A stretch of 64,000 bases of DNA from Pseudomonadota bacterium (GTDB taxonomy: Bacteria > Pseudomonadota > Alphaproteobacteria > Micavibrionales > UBA2020). Below the pieces are notes generated by a model. The model did no database searches. It was not told the origin of the DNA and saw only the letters and a list, made by a program, of their open reading frames with translations. Every line of letters starts with the position of its first letter. Position 1 is the first letter of the stretch. The stretch lies in the NCBI GenBank assembly GCA_021845905.1, contig JAJZVA010000002.1, positions 76,577-140,576 of the forward strand, given 5' to 3'. The translations under genes were made by a program, and so were the position numbers. Positions 32,829-40,729 of this stretch are shown in pieces.

Positions 32829-33113
32829 GTCCTAGGGTCAGACCTCATTAATCTATGGCAATTCTACGCGAAGCGAAAATGGCGATCCTGCAATGACAAG
32901 GCTGCAGAGCGTAGCGGTTGCTACGGTCAAAGCCTTGGAAGCCGCAGGGCGTCATTTTCGCCGCGCCCGGAAGGGTAAGCCCTCGGCCGCACCGTCTGCG
33001 GCGTCAAAGCAACTGAAGCGTGGGATCCACCACGCTTTCGTTGCTTTTCCTTGCATCCAATACGGCGCAGGGCTTATATAATTCCATAGATTAATGAGGT
33101 GTGATCCTAAGAC
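32829..33113. mobile_element. 285-bp element bounded by 30-bp imperfect terminal inverted repeats (MITE-like, or a structured RNA with a long closing stem)
   Basis: Left gtcctagggtcagacctcattaatctatgg (32829-32858) versus reverse complement of 33084-33113, 27/30 match; interior is G+C-richer than flanks and full of local hairpins. Confidence 0.35.
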
Positions 33114-33148
33114 TTGGGGCATTATAAAACATAATAAAGGAATTTATC

Positions 33149-33298
33149 ATGCATATCGTCATGAAAGACCTCGCCTCCAGCCTTGATTCCATCGCCGCGC
33201 CGCCGCGTCCGCAAGAAACGGCGGAAGAGATGATCAGCGCAAAGCAGGCGCGTCTGCGTGACGCCCGCCGCCGTCCGGCGGTCAAGTTCCGCCGCTGA
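33149..33298 (+). CDS. possible 49-aa small protein (not in supplied ORF track)
   Basis: ATG 33149 with aaagga 7-8 nt upstream; MHIVMKDLASSLDSIAAPPRPQETAEEMISAKQARLRDARRRPAVKFRR*; speculative. Confidence 0.25.
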   Translation: MHIVMKDLASSLDSIAAPPRPQETAEEMISAKQARLRDARRRPAVKFRR

Positions 33299-33323
33299 GC
33301 GGCGAAGCGCGCGCCGGTTCTTT

Positions 33324-34049
33324 TTATTGCGGATACAGCGCGGCGTAGAAGCCGTAAGCGCCGCTGCCGTTGCTGACGCACATTTGCTTCATATTGACGC
33401 AGGCCGCGCAGGCCGTCGCGTCGATGGTCACCGTCGCGTCGCTGGTGAACAGGCTGGTGAAGGCGGTGGAGCTCATTGTCGGGATCGCCGTCGTGCCGTT
33501 GACGATCTGGTTGATGCGCGCGCAATAGGCCGCGTTCTCGACATTGGCGGTGAAGACGGTGTCGCCGGGGCCGGAATCGGTCGGCCCGACGCCGACGATG
33601 ATCGCCCCGGGGTCGATGCCGTAGCCCGACGCCACCGGCGTGCCGGAATTGGAACTGGCGGAAAGATAAGAGACGCCGCCGCCGCTCGGATAAAAGAGTT
33701 CCAGCGCGTGGTTCGAATCGCCGCTCGCGCCGCTTTCATAGGTTGCGTCGCCCGGTTTGGATAGATCGAGGCTGCTGTAAAGCGTGTCGGCCTGCGCGTA
33801 GCCGGAAACCACCATCTCGTTGAGCGCCTGCCCGATCGTCGCGGTATAGGCGAGCATGCGGTTGATCTGGTCGTCTTCCGTCTGCTGCGGCAGGACGTTC
33901 GACTGGTCTTTGGAATAGTTGGCGATGGCCAGCGTCAGGAGGCCGAAGATGAAAATGCCGATCAGCACCAGATAAAGAATGCTGCCGCGCGCGGGTTGTT
34001 TTTCCGGCGGGTTGTTTTCCGTTTTTTCTCGCGGCGCTTTTGTTTTCAT
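33324..34049 (-). CDS. hypothetical pilin-like protein (charged N-terminus, single N-terminal hydrophobic helix, Cys-rich C-terminal region)
   Basis: 241 aa; ..QPARG|SILYLVLIGIFIFGLLTLAIANY.. resembles a degenerate class III (prepilin) signal lacking Glu5; Gly/Ser/Thr-rich body; C-terminal ..ATACAACVNMKQMC.. Confidence 0.55.
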   Translation of the reverse strand: MKTKAPREKTENNPPEKQPARGSILYLVLIGIFIFGLLTLAIANYSKDQSNVLPQQTEDDQINRMLAYTATIGQALNEMVVSGYAQADTLYSSLDLSKPGDATYESGASGDSNHALELFYPSGGGVSYLSASSNSGTPVASGYGIDPGAIIVGVGPTDSGPGDTVFTANVENAAYCARINQIVNGTTAIPTMSSTAFTSLFTSDATVTIDATACAACVNMKQMCVSNGSGAYGFYAALYPQ

Positions 34050-34146
34050 GGACGATCCCCGTTCCTTGCGAGAATCCTAAAGCTTCCGCCGTCAAAATAG
34101 AAGGCTTCTTCGTGAAAAACGGCCTTTCGGGGCGGAAAACCGCGAT

Positions 34147-34183
34147 AAAAAAAGACCCGGCCTCGGGAGGACGGGTCTTTTTT
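34147..34183 (-). terminator. bidirectional intrinsic terminator hairpin downstream of the Clp-like gene
   Basis: aaaaaaa-GACCCG-gcctcgggagga-CGGGTC-tttttt: A-run and T-run flank a GC stem. Confidence 0.6.
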
Positions 34184-34207
34184 GTAAAAGCGGCGCTGTG
34201 CCGGAGA

Positions 34208-36829
34208 TCAGGCGCCGGGATTTTGCCCGACCGCCCGCTTCTTGCGCGCGGCGCTTCTCTTTTTCGTCACGACGTTGTCGTTGGCGGTTTCGCTCGCCGG
34301 CGGCTCGTTCGGGACGATCGACGGAGCGACGGCGTAACGCCGCTTGTCGTTCATTTCGATCGAGTTGATGACGATCGTCACCGCGCTCTTTTCCGAGGCC
34401 TTCTCGATTTCCTCGCGGTTTTCCATCAGCCACTTGGTGAGCGGATTGATGATCTTGTCGCGAATGACCTTGTCCATCGGACGCGCGCCCATCGTCGGGT
34501 CGTAGCCCATCTTGCAGAGCTCGTCCATCACCTTGGGGGCGACGGAAAGCGACACGCCGGAGAGGCCCTGGCCGTCCGCGTTCGAAAGGCGGGCGCTGAT
34601 GTCGCCGATCTGTTTCTTGGCGATCAGCGCGACGACTTCCTTGGCAAGCGGCAGATAGGTGATGAAGCCGCCGAGCATGTTGATGCGGTTGACCATCTCC
34701 GGACGGAAGAGCGCCGCGCGCGCCGGCGCGAAGGCCGTGGCGGGAATCGGCTGGCTGATGGCTTGGGCGTAGATTTTCTCCAGCGCCGTTTTCAGCTCTT
34801 CCGGTTCGAGGGTGTTCTTCCCGAAGCCCATGCCGCCGGTTTTTCCGCCCTTGGAGATGAGCTCCATGGCTTCGGACGCGCCAGCATTGGTCGTCATCAG
34901 GATGATGGTGTTGTTGAACTTGATGGTGTTGCCGTGGTTGTCCGTCGTCTGGCCGTCCTGCAGGATGGGCAGAAGGATGTTGAACACGTCCGGGTGCGCC
35001 TTTTCGATTTCATCGAGCAGGAGAATAGTGTAGGGGCGCTGGCGGATCTGTTCGAACACCGGCTCGGAATCCTCGAAGCCGACGAAGCCCGGAGGCGCGC
35101 CGATCAGGCGGGAAACCGCGTGCTTTTCGGCGTATTCGGACATGTTGAGGGTGATCACCGCGTCTTCGGAACCGAAGAGGTAGCGGGCGAGCGCCTTGGC
35201 GGTTTCGGTCTTGCCGGTGCCGGTCGGGCCTTGCAGCACGAAGCAACCCCACGGCTGGCGCGGGTTGGGCAGGCCGCCGCGCGCGCCGATCAGCGCGTCG
35301 GTGATGCGCAGGAGGTCGGGCTGGCCGAGCACTTTCTTCGGCAGTTCCTCTTCGAGCTTGAGGAAACGCTCCTTGTCCTTCTGCGCGAGGAAGTCCTGCG
35401 ACAGGCCGGACATTTGCGACACGGCGGCGATGATGTCCTTGCGCGTCACGGTTACGCGGCCGTCGAATTCCGCGCCGGAAGCGGCGGTATTCATGGCTTT
35501 TTCGCCCTTGCGCGGCTGGGCTTCCTGCGGCGCGAAGCGGTTGGTCATGGTGATGAGGTATTTGAGGTCGTCGTCCGAGATCGCTTCCGAGAGACCGTTG
35601 TGCTCCTCCGTCAGCGGCCACAGCTTGCGCAGGATGGCGAAGGTCGTTTCATCGTCCGGCGGCATGAGGCGCGTCTTCTCGAAGCGGCTGGCGAGCGCCG
35701 GGTCCTTTTCGATGTGCTTGCGGTATTCCTTGTCGGTGGTCGTGCCGAGGACGGAGACGCCCTTGGCGGTGAGGAACGGCTTCATCATGTTGCCGGCGTC
35801 CGTGCCGCCCTGGGCCATGCCGGCCGTGAGCTGCGAGTGGATTTCGTCGATGGCGAGGATGATCTTCTTGCCGCGGAAGATGCCGCCGCGCTCGGCGAGG
35901 CCGTCGATCAGCGGTTTCAGCCTTTCCTCGAATTCGCCGCGGAACTTTGCGCCGGCGTTCATGCTTTGCAGGTCGAGTTCGAGGACGCGCGCGCCTTCGA
36001 GGCTGATGGGCAGCTTGCCCGTTTCGGCGTTGTCGACGAGATACTGGGCGATGCCGGAGAACATGGTGCTTTTGCCCACGCCGGCGTCGCCTGTGAAGCA
36101 CTGGCTCGACTGCTTGCGGCGGCCGAGGACGCGCATCGCCTGCTCGATTTCCTGATCGCGGCCGATGACGGGGTCAAGATCGCCGCGGCGGGCCATTTCG
36201 GTCAGGTCCTTGCAGTATTTGACAAGGGCCTGCTCGAGCTGGCTGTCGGAGATTTTATAGTTGCGCTGCGCCGTATTGTTGAACGGCACGCGCACCGGAC
36301 GCGGCTTTTGCACCGCGAGCCGCGGCGGAACGGGCGCGCCGTGCGCGGCGCGCGCGGTTTGGGCGATGCCGTTCGTGTGTTGCGGCGGCAGGGAGAGATA
36401 GACCGTGCCCGGCTGGTTCGCGGGCGAATCGACGTTCTCGAAGCGCGCCGGGAAGTCGGCGCCGAAGTTTTCCTGCGCGATGAGTTTTTTCGATTCGGGG
36501 GTCAGTTCGAAGGCGATGCGTCCGCCGGCCGAAGGTACGGCCCTGTAGGTGACGTCAATCGTCTCGCCTTCATAGTCGCCCGCGTTGGTCATGGCGATCT
36601 TGTAGACAGTGACGGTGACTGCCGCGCGGGTGCCGCTGACGGTCATCATTTGCTTGTCGTCGAACGCGTAGATTTTCTGCCCCGCCGCGAGCGGTTCGCC
36701 ATTATAGGCGTGCAACGGCCGTTGCGGTTCCCCATCCTTGAATTCCAGCGCGTACTGGCGGGTGCTTTTGGCGTCCGTCAGGTAGATGAAGCCGTTGAAG
36801 TTTTCGGTGTTGGCGGGATCTGTCGTCAT
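34208..36829 (-). CDS. atypical two-ring Clp/Hsp100 AAA+ ATPase lacking Clp_N and M-domain, with an unrecognised ~215-aa N-terminal domain
   Basis: 873 aa; D1 ..DLDPVIGRDQEIEQAMRVLGRRKQSSQCFTGDAGVGKST.. Walker B ILAIDEIH; D2 ..VLQGPTGTGKTETAKALA.. Walker B ILLLDEIEKAH, ..RPEMVNRI..; N-terminal 215 aa beta-rich with no Clp_N repeat; basic tail ..TKKRSAARKKRAVGQNPGA. Confidence 0.85.
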   Translation of the reverse strand: MTTDPANTENFNGFIYLTDAKSTRQYALEFKDGEPQRPLHAYNGEPLAAGQKIYAFDDKQMMTVSGTRAAVTVTVYKIAMTNAGDYEGETIDVTYRAVPSAGGRIAFELTPESKKLIAQENFGADFPARFENVDSPANQPGTVYLSLPPQHTNGIAQTARAAHGAPVPPRLAVQKPRPVRVPFNNTAQRNYKISDSQLEQALVKYCKDLTEMARRGDLDPVIGRDQEIEQAMRVLGRRKQSSQCFTGDAGVGKSTMFSGIAQYLVDNAETGKLPISLEGARVLELDLQSMNAGAKFRGEFEERLKPLIDGLAERGGIFRGKKIILAIDEIHSQLTAGMAQGGTDAGNMMKPFLTAKGVSVLGTTTDKEYRKHIEKDPALASRFEKTRLMPPDDETTFAILRKLWPLTEEHNGLSEAISDDDLKYLITMTNRFAPQEAQPRKGEKAMNTAASGAEFDGRVTVTRKDIIAAVSQMSGLSQDFLAQKDKERFLKLEEELPKKVLGQPDLLRITDALIGARGGLPNPRQPWGCFVLQGPTGTGKTETAKALARYLFGSEDAVITLNMSEYAEKHAVSRLIGAPPGFVGFEDSEPVFEQIRQRPYTILLLDEIEKAHPDVFNILLPILQDGQTTDNHGNTIKFNNTIILMTTNAGASEAMELISKGGKTGGMGFGKNTLEPEELKTALEKIYAQAISQPIPATAFAPARAALFRPEMVNRINMLGGFITYLPLAKEVVALIAKKQIGDISARLSNADGQGLSGVSLSVAPKVMDELCKMGYDPTMGARPMDKVIRDKIINPLTKWLMENREEIEKASEKSAVTIVINSIEMNDKRRYAVAPSIVPNEPPASETANDNVVTKKRSAARKKRAVGQNPGA

Positions 36830-37103
36830 TCTATGTACTCCTGGGTGGGATCTCTTTTGTGGATCTATAGTTATGGCTTTGTTGTTTACGTAGTGTTAAA
36901 CATTTGAATCACCACATCAAGAAAAATTATATGGATTATTGTTTTTTAAAAATATAATTATTTTTCTAAGGCATAAAAAAACAGTATTACGAATAATAAC
37001 AATAAAATTATTCGATTATGAAATTAAAACCCCTAAACCATCTCCATGTCCGACAAATGAGACACATAAAATGAGGAAAAGACTCGATTCTTGGCGCGCA
37101 GAA
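36830..37103. promoter_or_regulatory. strongly AT-rich ~270-bp upstream region of the Clp-like gene
   Basis: Long A/T runs (..ttgttttttaaaaatataattatttttctaagg..) in an otherwise GC-rich genome; RBS aggag 9 nt before ATG 36829. Confidence 0.5.
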
Positions 37104-38066
37104 TCAGTTATGTATTGCAGGCTCTTCCTCGATATCCGGAAAAAAGAACGGGCGCGACCCTTGTTGTTCCGCCGCAAGGCAGGCGGCAAGGCCGCTGTGA
37201 TAATCCGGATAGATCAAGGTGACGCCGAGCTCGTTTTTGAGCGCATCGTTGCGCACGCGCTTGTTGTCTTTATAGAAGCTGCGCACCATCGGCGGCATTT
37301 CGGCGCTTTCATAAGGAACCAGCGGCGGCGTCTCCGCGCCGATGAGGTTGCAGGCGAGGCCGATGACGGCGTGGCTGGGCGCAGGTTCGTCGTCGGCGAG
37401 GTTGTAGATAGCGCCGGGGCGCGGTTTTCCGATCGAGGCTTCAAGCGTTTGCGCGATATCCGCCACATGGATGCGGTTGAACATGTGGCCTGGCTTGTCG
37501 ATGCAGCGCGCGGAGCCGGCGCGCACCACGTCGAGCGCGCTGCGGCCCGGCCCGTAGATGCCGGCGATGCGAAAGATATGCAGGGGCAGGCCTTCGCTGA
37601 GGCAGAGCGACTGCCATTGTTCCTCGGCTTTCAAACGCAAGCTGCCGCGGCGGCTGGAAGGCGCGGGCGGCGTCGTTTCATCGACCCATTTGCCGTCCTG
37701 ATTGCCGTAGACGGCGGTGGTGGAAAGATATCCCGCCCAGCTGAGGTTTTCGAGCGCTGCGATGTCCGCGCCGTGCGTGTTGAAGACCGGGTCTCCGTCG
37801 CCGTCCGGCGGCACGGAGAAGAGCATGTGCGTCACGCCGGAAAAAGTCTTCACGGGATCGGCGATGGGATGCGTCTGGTCGAAGAGCGTTGCGGCGATGC
37901 CGTTTTTTCGCAGATAATCGCGTTTTTTCGGGGATGTCGTGGTGCCGCCGACCTGCCAGCCCCGCGCCATCAGCCTTTCGGCGAGGAACGCCGCCGTATA
38001 GCCGAAGCCGAAGCAGAAGAGCTTTCCTTTCTCTGTGGCGGCGGCTGTATGCGGTGCGGGCGTCAA
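37104..38066 (-). CDS. NAD(P)-binding SDR-family epimerase/dehydratase-like protein
   Basis: 320 aa; N-terminal ..LFCFGFGYTA.. Rossmann start, ..YLSTTAVYG.., ..RIAGIYGPGR.. Confidence 0.7.
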   Translation of the reverse strand: MTPAPHTAAATEKGKLFCFGFGYTAAFLAERLMARGWQVGGTTTSPKKRDYLRKNGIAATLFDQTHPIADPVKTFSGVTHMLFSVPPDGDGDPVFNTHGADIAALENLSWAGYLSTTAVYGNQDGKWVDETTPPAPSSRRGSLRLKAEEQWQSLCLSEGLPLHIFRIAGIYGPGRSALDVVRAGSARCIDKPGHMFNRIHVADIAQTLEASIGKPRPGAIYNLADDEPAPSHAVIGLACNLIGAETPPLVPYESAEMPPMVRSFYKDNKRVRNDALKNELGVTLIYPDYHSGLAACLAAEQQGSRPFFFPDIEEEPAIHN

Positions 38067-38106
38067 CGGGTTTGTCCCCTTGCAATGAATTTAACGGGTC
38101 CTGAGC

Positions 38107-38775
38107 CTAGAAATCGAGGTTCTGATAATGGCTGGGCGGGGAGAATCCGGGGATCATGTCCTCCAGCAGGGGCTTGAAGCCGGGGCGTGACTTGATGCGC
38201 ACGTACCAGTCCTTGGCGGCGGCGTGTTCTTCCCACGGCACGTCGCCGATGTAGTCGATGGTCGAAAGGTGCGCGGCGGCGGCGAGATCGGCGAGCGAGA
38301 TGTTTTCGCCTGCGAGCCAGCGGCGGCGCTCGGTCAGAAAGCCGATGTAATCGAGATGGTAATGGATGTTGGCGTGGCCCGCGCGGATGCTCGCGCCCGA
38401 AGGCTCGCCCTGTTTCAGGAACCGCTTCATCATTTTTTCGCCGACGAGGTTTTCCGTCACCTCGGCGTTGAACTTCTGGTCGAACCAGGCGACGAGGCGG
38501 CGCGTTTCGGCGCGCTGGAGCGGATTGTGGCCGATGAGATCGACGGTGTTGTAAACCTCATTGAGATATTCCGAGATCACCTGACTGTCGGTGAGCGTGG
38601 TGCCGTCCGGCTCGACCAGCACCGGCACGTCGCCCGCCGGATTGATGGCGAGGAACTCGGTGCGGCGTTCCCATGTCTTTTCGATTTTCAGCTCGAAATC
38701 GAGCTTCTTCTCCGCGAGCGCGAGGCGCACTTTGCGTGAAAAAGGATGGAGCCAGAGGTGGTAGAGCGTTCTCAT
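38107..38775 (-). CDS. glutathione S-transferase
   Basis: 222 aa; ..LYHLWLHPFSRKVRLALAEKKLDFEL..INPAGDVPVLV..SQVISEYL.. thioredoxin-like N-domain. Confidence 0.85.
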   Translation of the reverse strand: MRTLYHLWLHPFSRKVRLALAEKKLDFELKIEKTWERRTEFLAINPAGDVPVLVEPDGTTLTDSQVISEYLNEVYNTVDLIGHNPLQRAETRRLVAWFDQKFNAEVTENLVGEKMMKRFLKQGEPSGASIRAGHANIHYHLDYIGFLTERRRWLAGENISLADLAAAAHLSTIDYIGDVPWEEHAAAKDWYVRIKSRPGFKPLLEDMIPGFSPPSHYQNLDF

Positions 38776-38854
38776 AACCTGACTTTAGCGCACTCGCGGC
38801 CAAAGTTATATAGTTAAATCAGTGGCATGAACAGCCGCGCGCGCGGATTTTGTT

Positions 38855-40096
38855 TTACGTATGCTGTTTTGCGCCGAGCGCGACGATATGAAAGAAAACC
38901 GGCACCTGACTTGCAATAATATCCGTCGCCTTCCATTGCCCCGTGCCGATGTTGAATTTGGAGCGGTCGAGCGTGAGGCTGCCGTCGGCGGTGGCAATTT
39001 CGCCGCCGTCCGGATTCCTGGAGAATATCACGGTGAACGGCAGCTGCACGGGCAGCGACACGCCCTTGATGGTCAGGATGCCGTCGGCGGTGTAGGCGTT
39101 TGCGCCGACCTTGTGGAAAGCGGTCGATTTGAAGATCGCGTCCGGAAAGCGCGCGACGTCGAACCATTCCGCGCTCATCAGGTTCTGGTCGCGGTCCGAC
39201 GCGCCGGTCGAGGCCGTCGTCATGTGCACGTCTACATAGACGCTGCTCCCCGCGAGGTTGTCAGGTGAAAAAAAAATGCTCGCCGCGAAAACGCCGAAAT
39301 GCCCGGTGAAGGCCTTGCCGAGCTGCGTCGGCTTGAAGGTGATGGTGCTTTTCTGATGCAGCATCACCCAGGCGCGGGCGGGTTTTGCGGCCGTTGCGAT
39401 GTTCGTTTGCGCTGGAACATTTACTATCGCGGCCTTCGCCGGAATATTGGTTGTCGCGGCCTTCGCCGGAATATTGGTTGTCGCGGCCTTCGCCGGAATA
39501 TTGGTTGTCGCGGCCTTCGCCGCGGGCGCCGCGCCGAGCAAAAGCGCCGCAAGCAGCAAGGGCAGCATGCGTTTCAGCACCGTGTCCTTCTTGAAGAAGT
39601 GGTGCATCAGCGCCGCGCCGGCGTGGGCAGAGACGACGGCGATCAGCACGTCGCTGATGTAGCCGTGCAGTTCGCGGTAAAGATGCGCGCCCGCCTTGCT
39701 CTTGACGACGAAGTCCGGCAACGTGAAGAGGCCGAAGACGTGCACGGGGACGCCGAAGGCCGACGACATCGCCCAGCCGGTGAGCGGCATGGCGATCAGC
39801 AGCAGATAGAAGCTGTCGTGCAGGGCGCGCGCGCCGATGCGCTCCATCTTCGTCAGGGTTTCGACCGGCTGCGGGCGGCGGCTGAACAGATGCCAGAGGA
39901 CGCGCACGGCGATGAGGGCGAGCACGAGGATGCCGAGCGATTTGTGCAGGTCGTAGATCTTGAACTTGAAATCGCTGCGCGGCAGGCCGTGCATCCACGA
40001 ACCGACGACGAGCTGGAAGATGACGATCAAGGCGATCGTCCAGTGCAGGAGTTTGCTGACGCTGCCGTATTGCGACGGCGTGTTTTTGAAAGCCAT
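38855..40096 (-). CDS. cytochrome b561 (YceJ-like) fused in frame to a YceI-like domain via a repetitive linker
   Basis: 413 aa; N-half ..SKLLHWTIALIVI..YDLHKSLG..HAGAALMHHF..; then signal-peptide-like MLPLLLAALLLGAAPAAKA, (AKAATTNIP)x3, then YceI-like ..WVMLHQKSTITFKPTQLGKAFTGHF..LTIKGVSLPV.. Confidence 0.8.
   Translation of the reverse strand: MAFKNTPSQYGSVSKLLHWTIALIVIFQLVVGSWMHGLPRSDFKFKIYDLHKSLGILVLALIAVRVLWHLFSRRPQPVETLTKMERIGARALHDSFYLLLIAMPLTGWAMSSAFGVPVHVFGLFTLPDFVVKSKAGAHLYRELHGYISDVLIAVVSAHAGAALMHHFFKKDTVLKRMLPLLLAALLLGAAPAAKAATTNIPAKAATTNIPAKAATTNIPAKAAIVNVPAQTNIATAAKPARAWVMLHQKSTITFKPTQLGKAFTGHFGVFAASIFFSPDNLAGSSVYVDVHMTTASTGASDRDQNLMSAEWFDVARFPDAIFKSTAFHKVGANAYTADGILTIKGVSLPVQLPFTVIFSRNPDGGEIATADGSLTLDRSKFNIGTGQWKATDIIASQVPVFFHIVALGAKQHT
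39414..39523. repeat. 27-bp in-frame tandem repeat (3 perfect copies 39428-39508 plus partial or degenerate flanks) encoding the (A-K-A-A-T-T-N-I-P)n linker
   Basis: cgcggccttcgccggaatattggttgt x3 read directly. Confidence 0.95.
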
Positions 40097-40123
40097 GGTT
40101 TTCCGCCTCTCTGTTTGTTGAGG

Positions 40124-40729
40124 TTATTTGTTGAGGTTGGTGAAGTTTTCGCGGAAGCCGTCGACGGCGATGTCGATCCCGACGTCGTCGCCGACCACGG
40201 GGATGAACTTGCCCATGCCGAAGGCGGAGCGCCTGATCGTGCCGGTGACGGTGAAGCCCGCGTCGACGCGCGGCGCCATGAAGGGGTTGGGGCCGATCTT
40301 GTTGAGCGTGACGCGCAGGGTGACCGGTTTCGTCACGCCGTGGAGCGTGAGATTGCCGGTGAGCAGGGCGGTCTTCGGCCCGGTCTGGACGACCTTGGTG
40401 CTTTTGAAGGTGATGTCGGGGTATTTGGCGCTGTCGAGAAAATCCTCCTCGATATGCGTATCCCAGATGGAAGAGCCCATATCGACGCTGTCGGCCTTGA
40501 TCGTGAAGTCGGCGCTGGCGAGTTCCGGGTGTTTTTTGTCGAGCGTGAAGGTGCCGTCGAAGGTGTCGAAGCGCCCGCGCACCGTGGTGAAGCCCATGTG
40601 GTCGATGGTGAAGAACACCTGCGTGTGCAAAGGGTCGTAGGCGTAGGTTCTGGCGGCGGCGCGGGCGCCGCCGGACATGGCGGCGAGCGCGAGAAGGAAA
40701 ACCAGAAGCGATGCTGCGGTTTTTTTCAT
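40124..40729 (-). CDS. YceI-family periplasmic protein
   Basis: 201 aa from ATG 40729; signal peptide MKKTAASLLVFLLALAAMSGGARA; ..HTQVFFTIDHMGFTTVRGRFDTFDGTF..LTLHGVTKPV..; start overlaps accC stop (ATGA). Confidence 0.85.
   Translation of the reverse strand: MKKTAASLLVFLLALAAMSGGARAAARTYAYDPLHTQVFFTIDHMGFTTVRGRFDTFDGTFTLDKKHPELASADFTIKADSVDMGSSIWDTHIEEDFLDSAKYPDITFKSTKVVQTGPKTALLTGNLTLHGVTKPVTLRVTLNKIGPNPFMAPRVDAGFTVTGTIRRSAFGMGKFIPVVGDDVGIDIAVDGFRENFTNLNK

Noticed and set aside
32893-33081. 62-aa ORF inside the inverted-repeat element; also considered a retron msr/msd
   Set aside because: The ORF has no RBS and a basic, low-complexity product. No reverse transcriptase gene is present anywhere in the window, so a retron is unsupported.
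34208-36829. Clp-like ATPase as the ClpV of a type VI secretion system
   Set aside because: No T6SS core genes (tssB/C, hcp, vgrG, tssM and so on) are in the 64-kb window, and the N-domain does not look like the ClpV helical N-domain. This is left open only as something a genome-wide search could revisit.
34040-36907. 955-aa plus-strand ORF antisense to the Clp-like ATPase
   Set aside because: Same antisense artefact. The minus strand carries intact Walker A/B motifs in two AAA+ modules, and the plus-strand product is Arg/Gly/Ala/Asp-rich without motifs.
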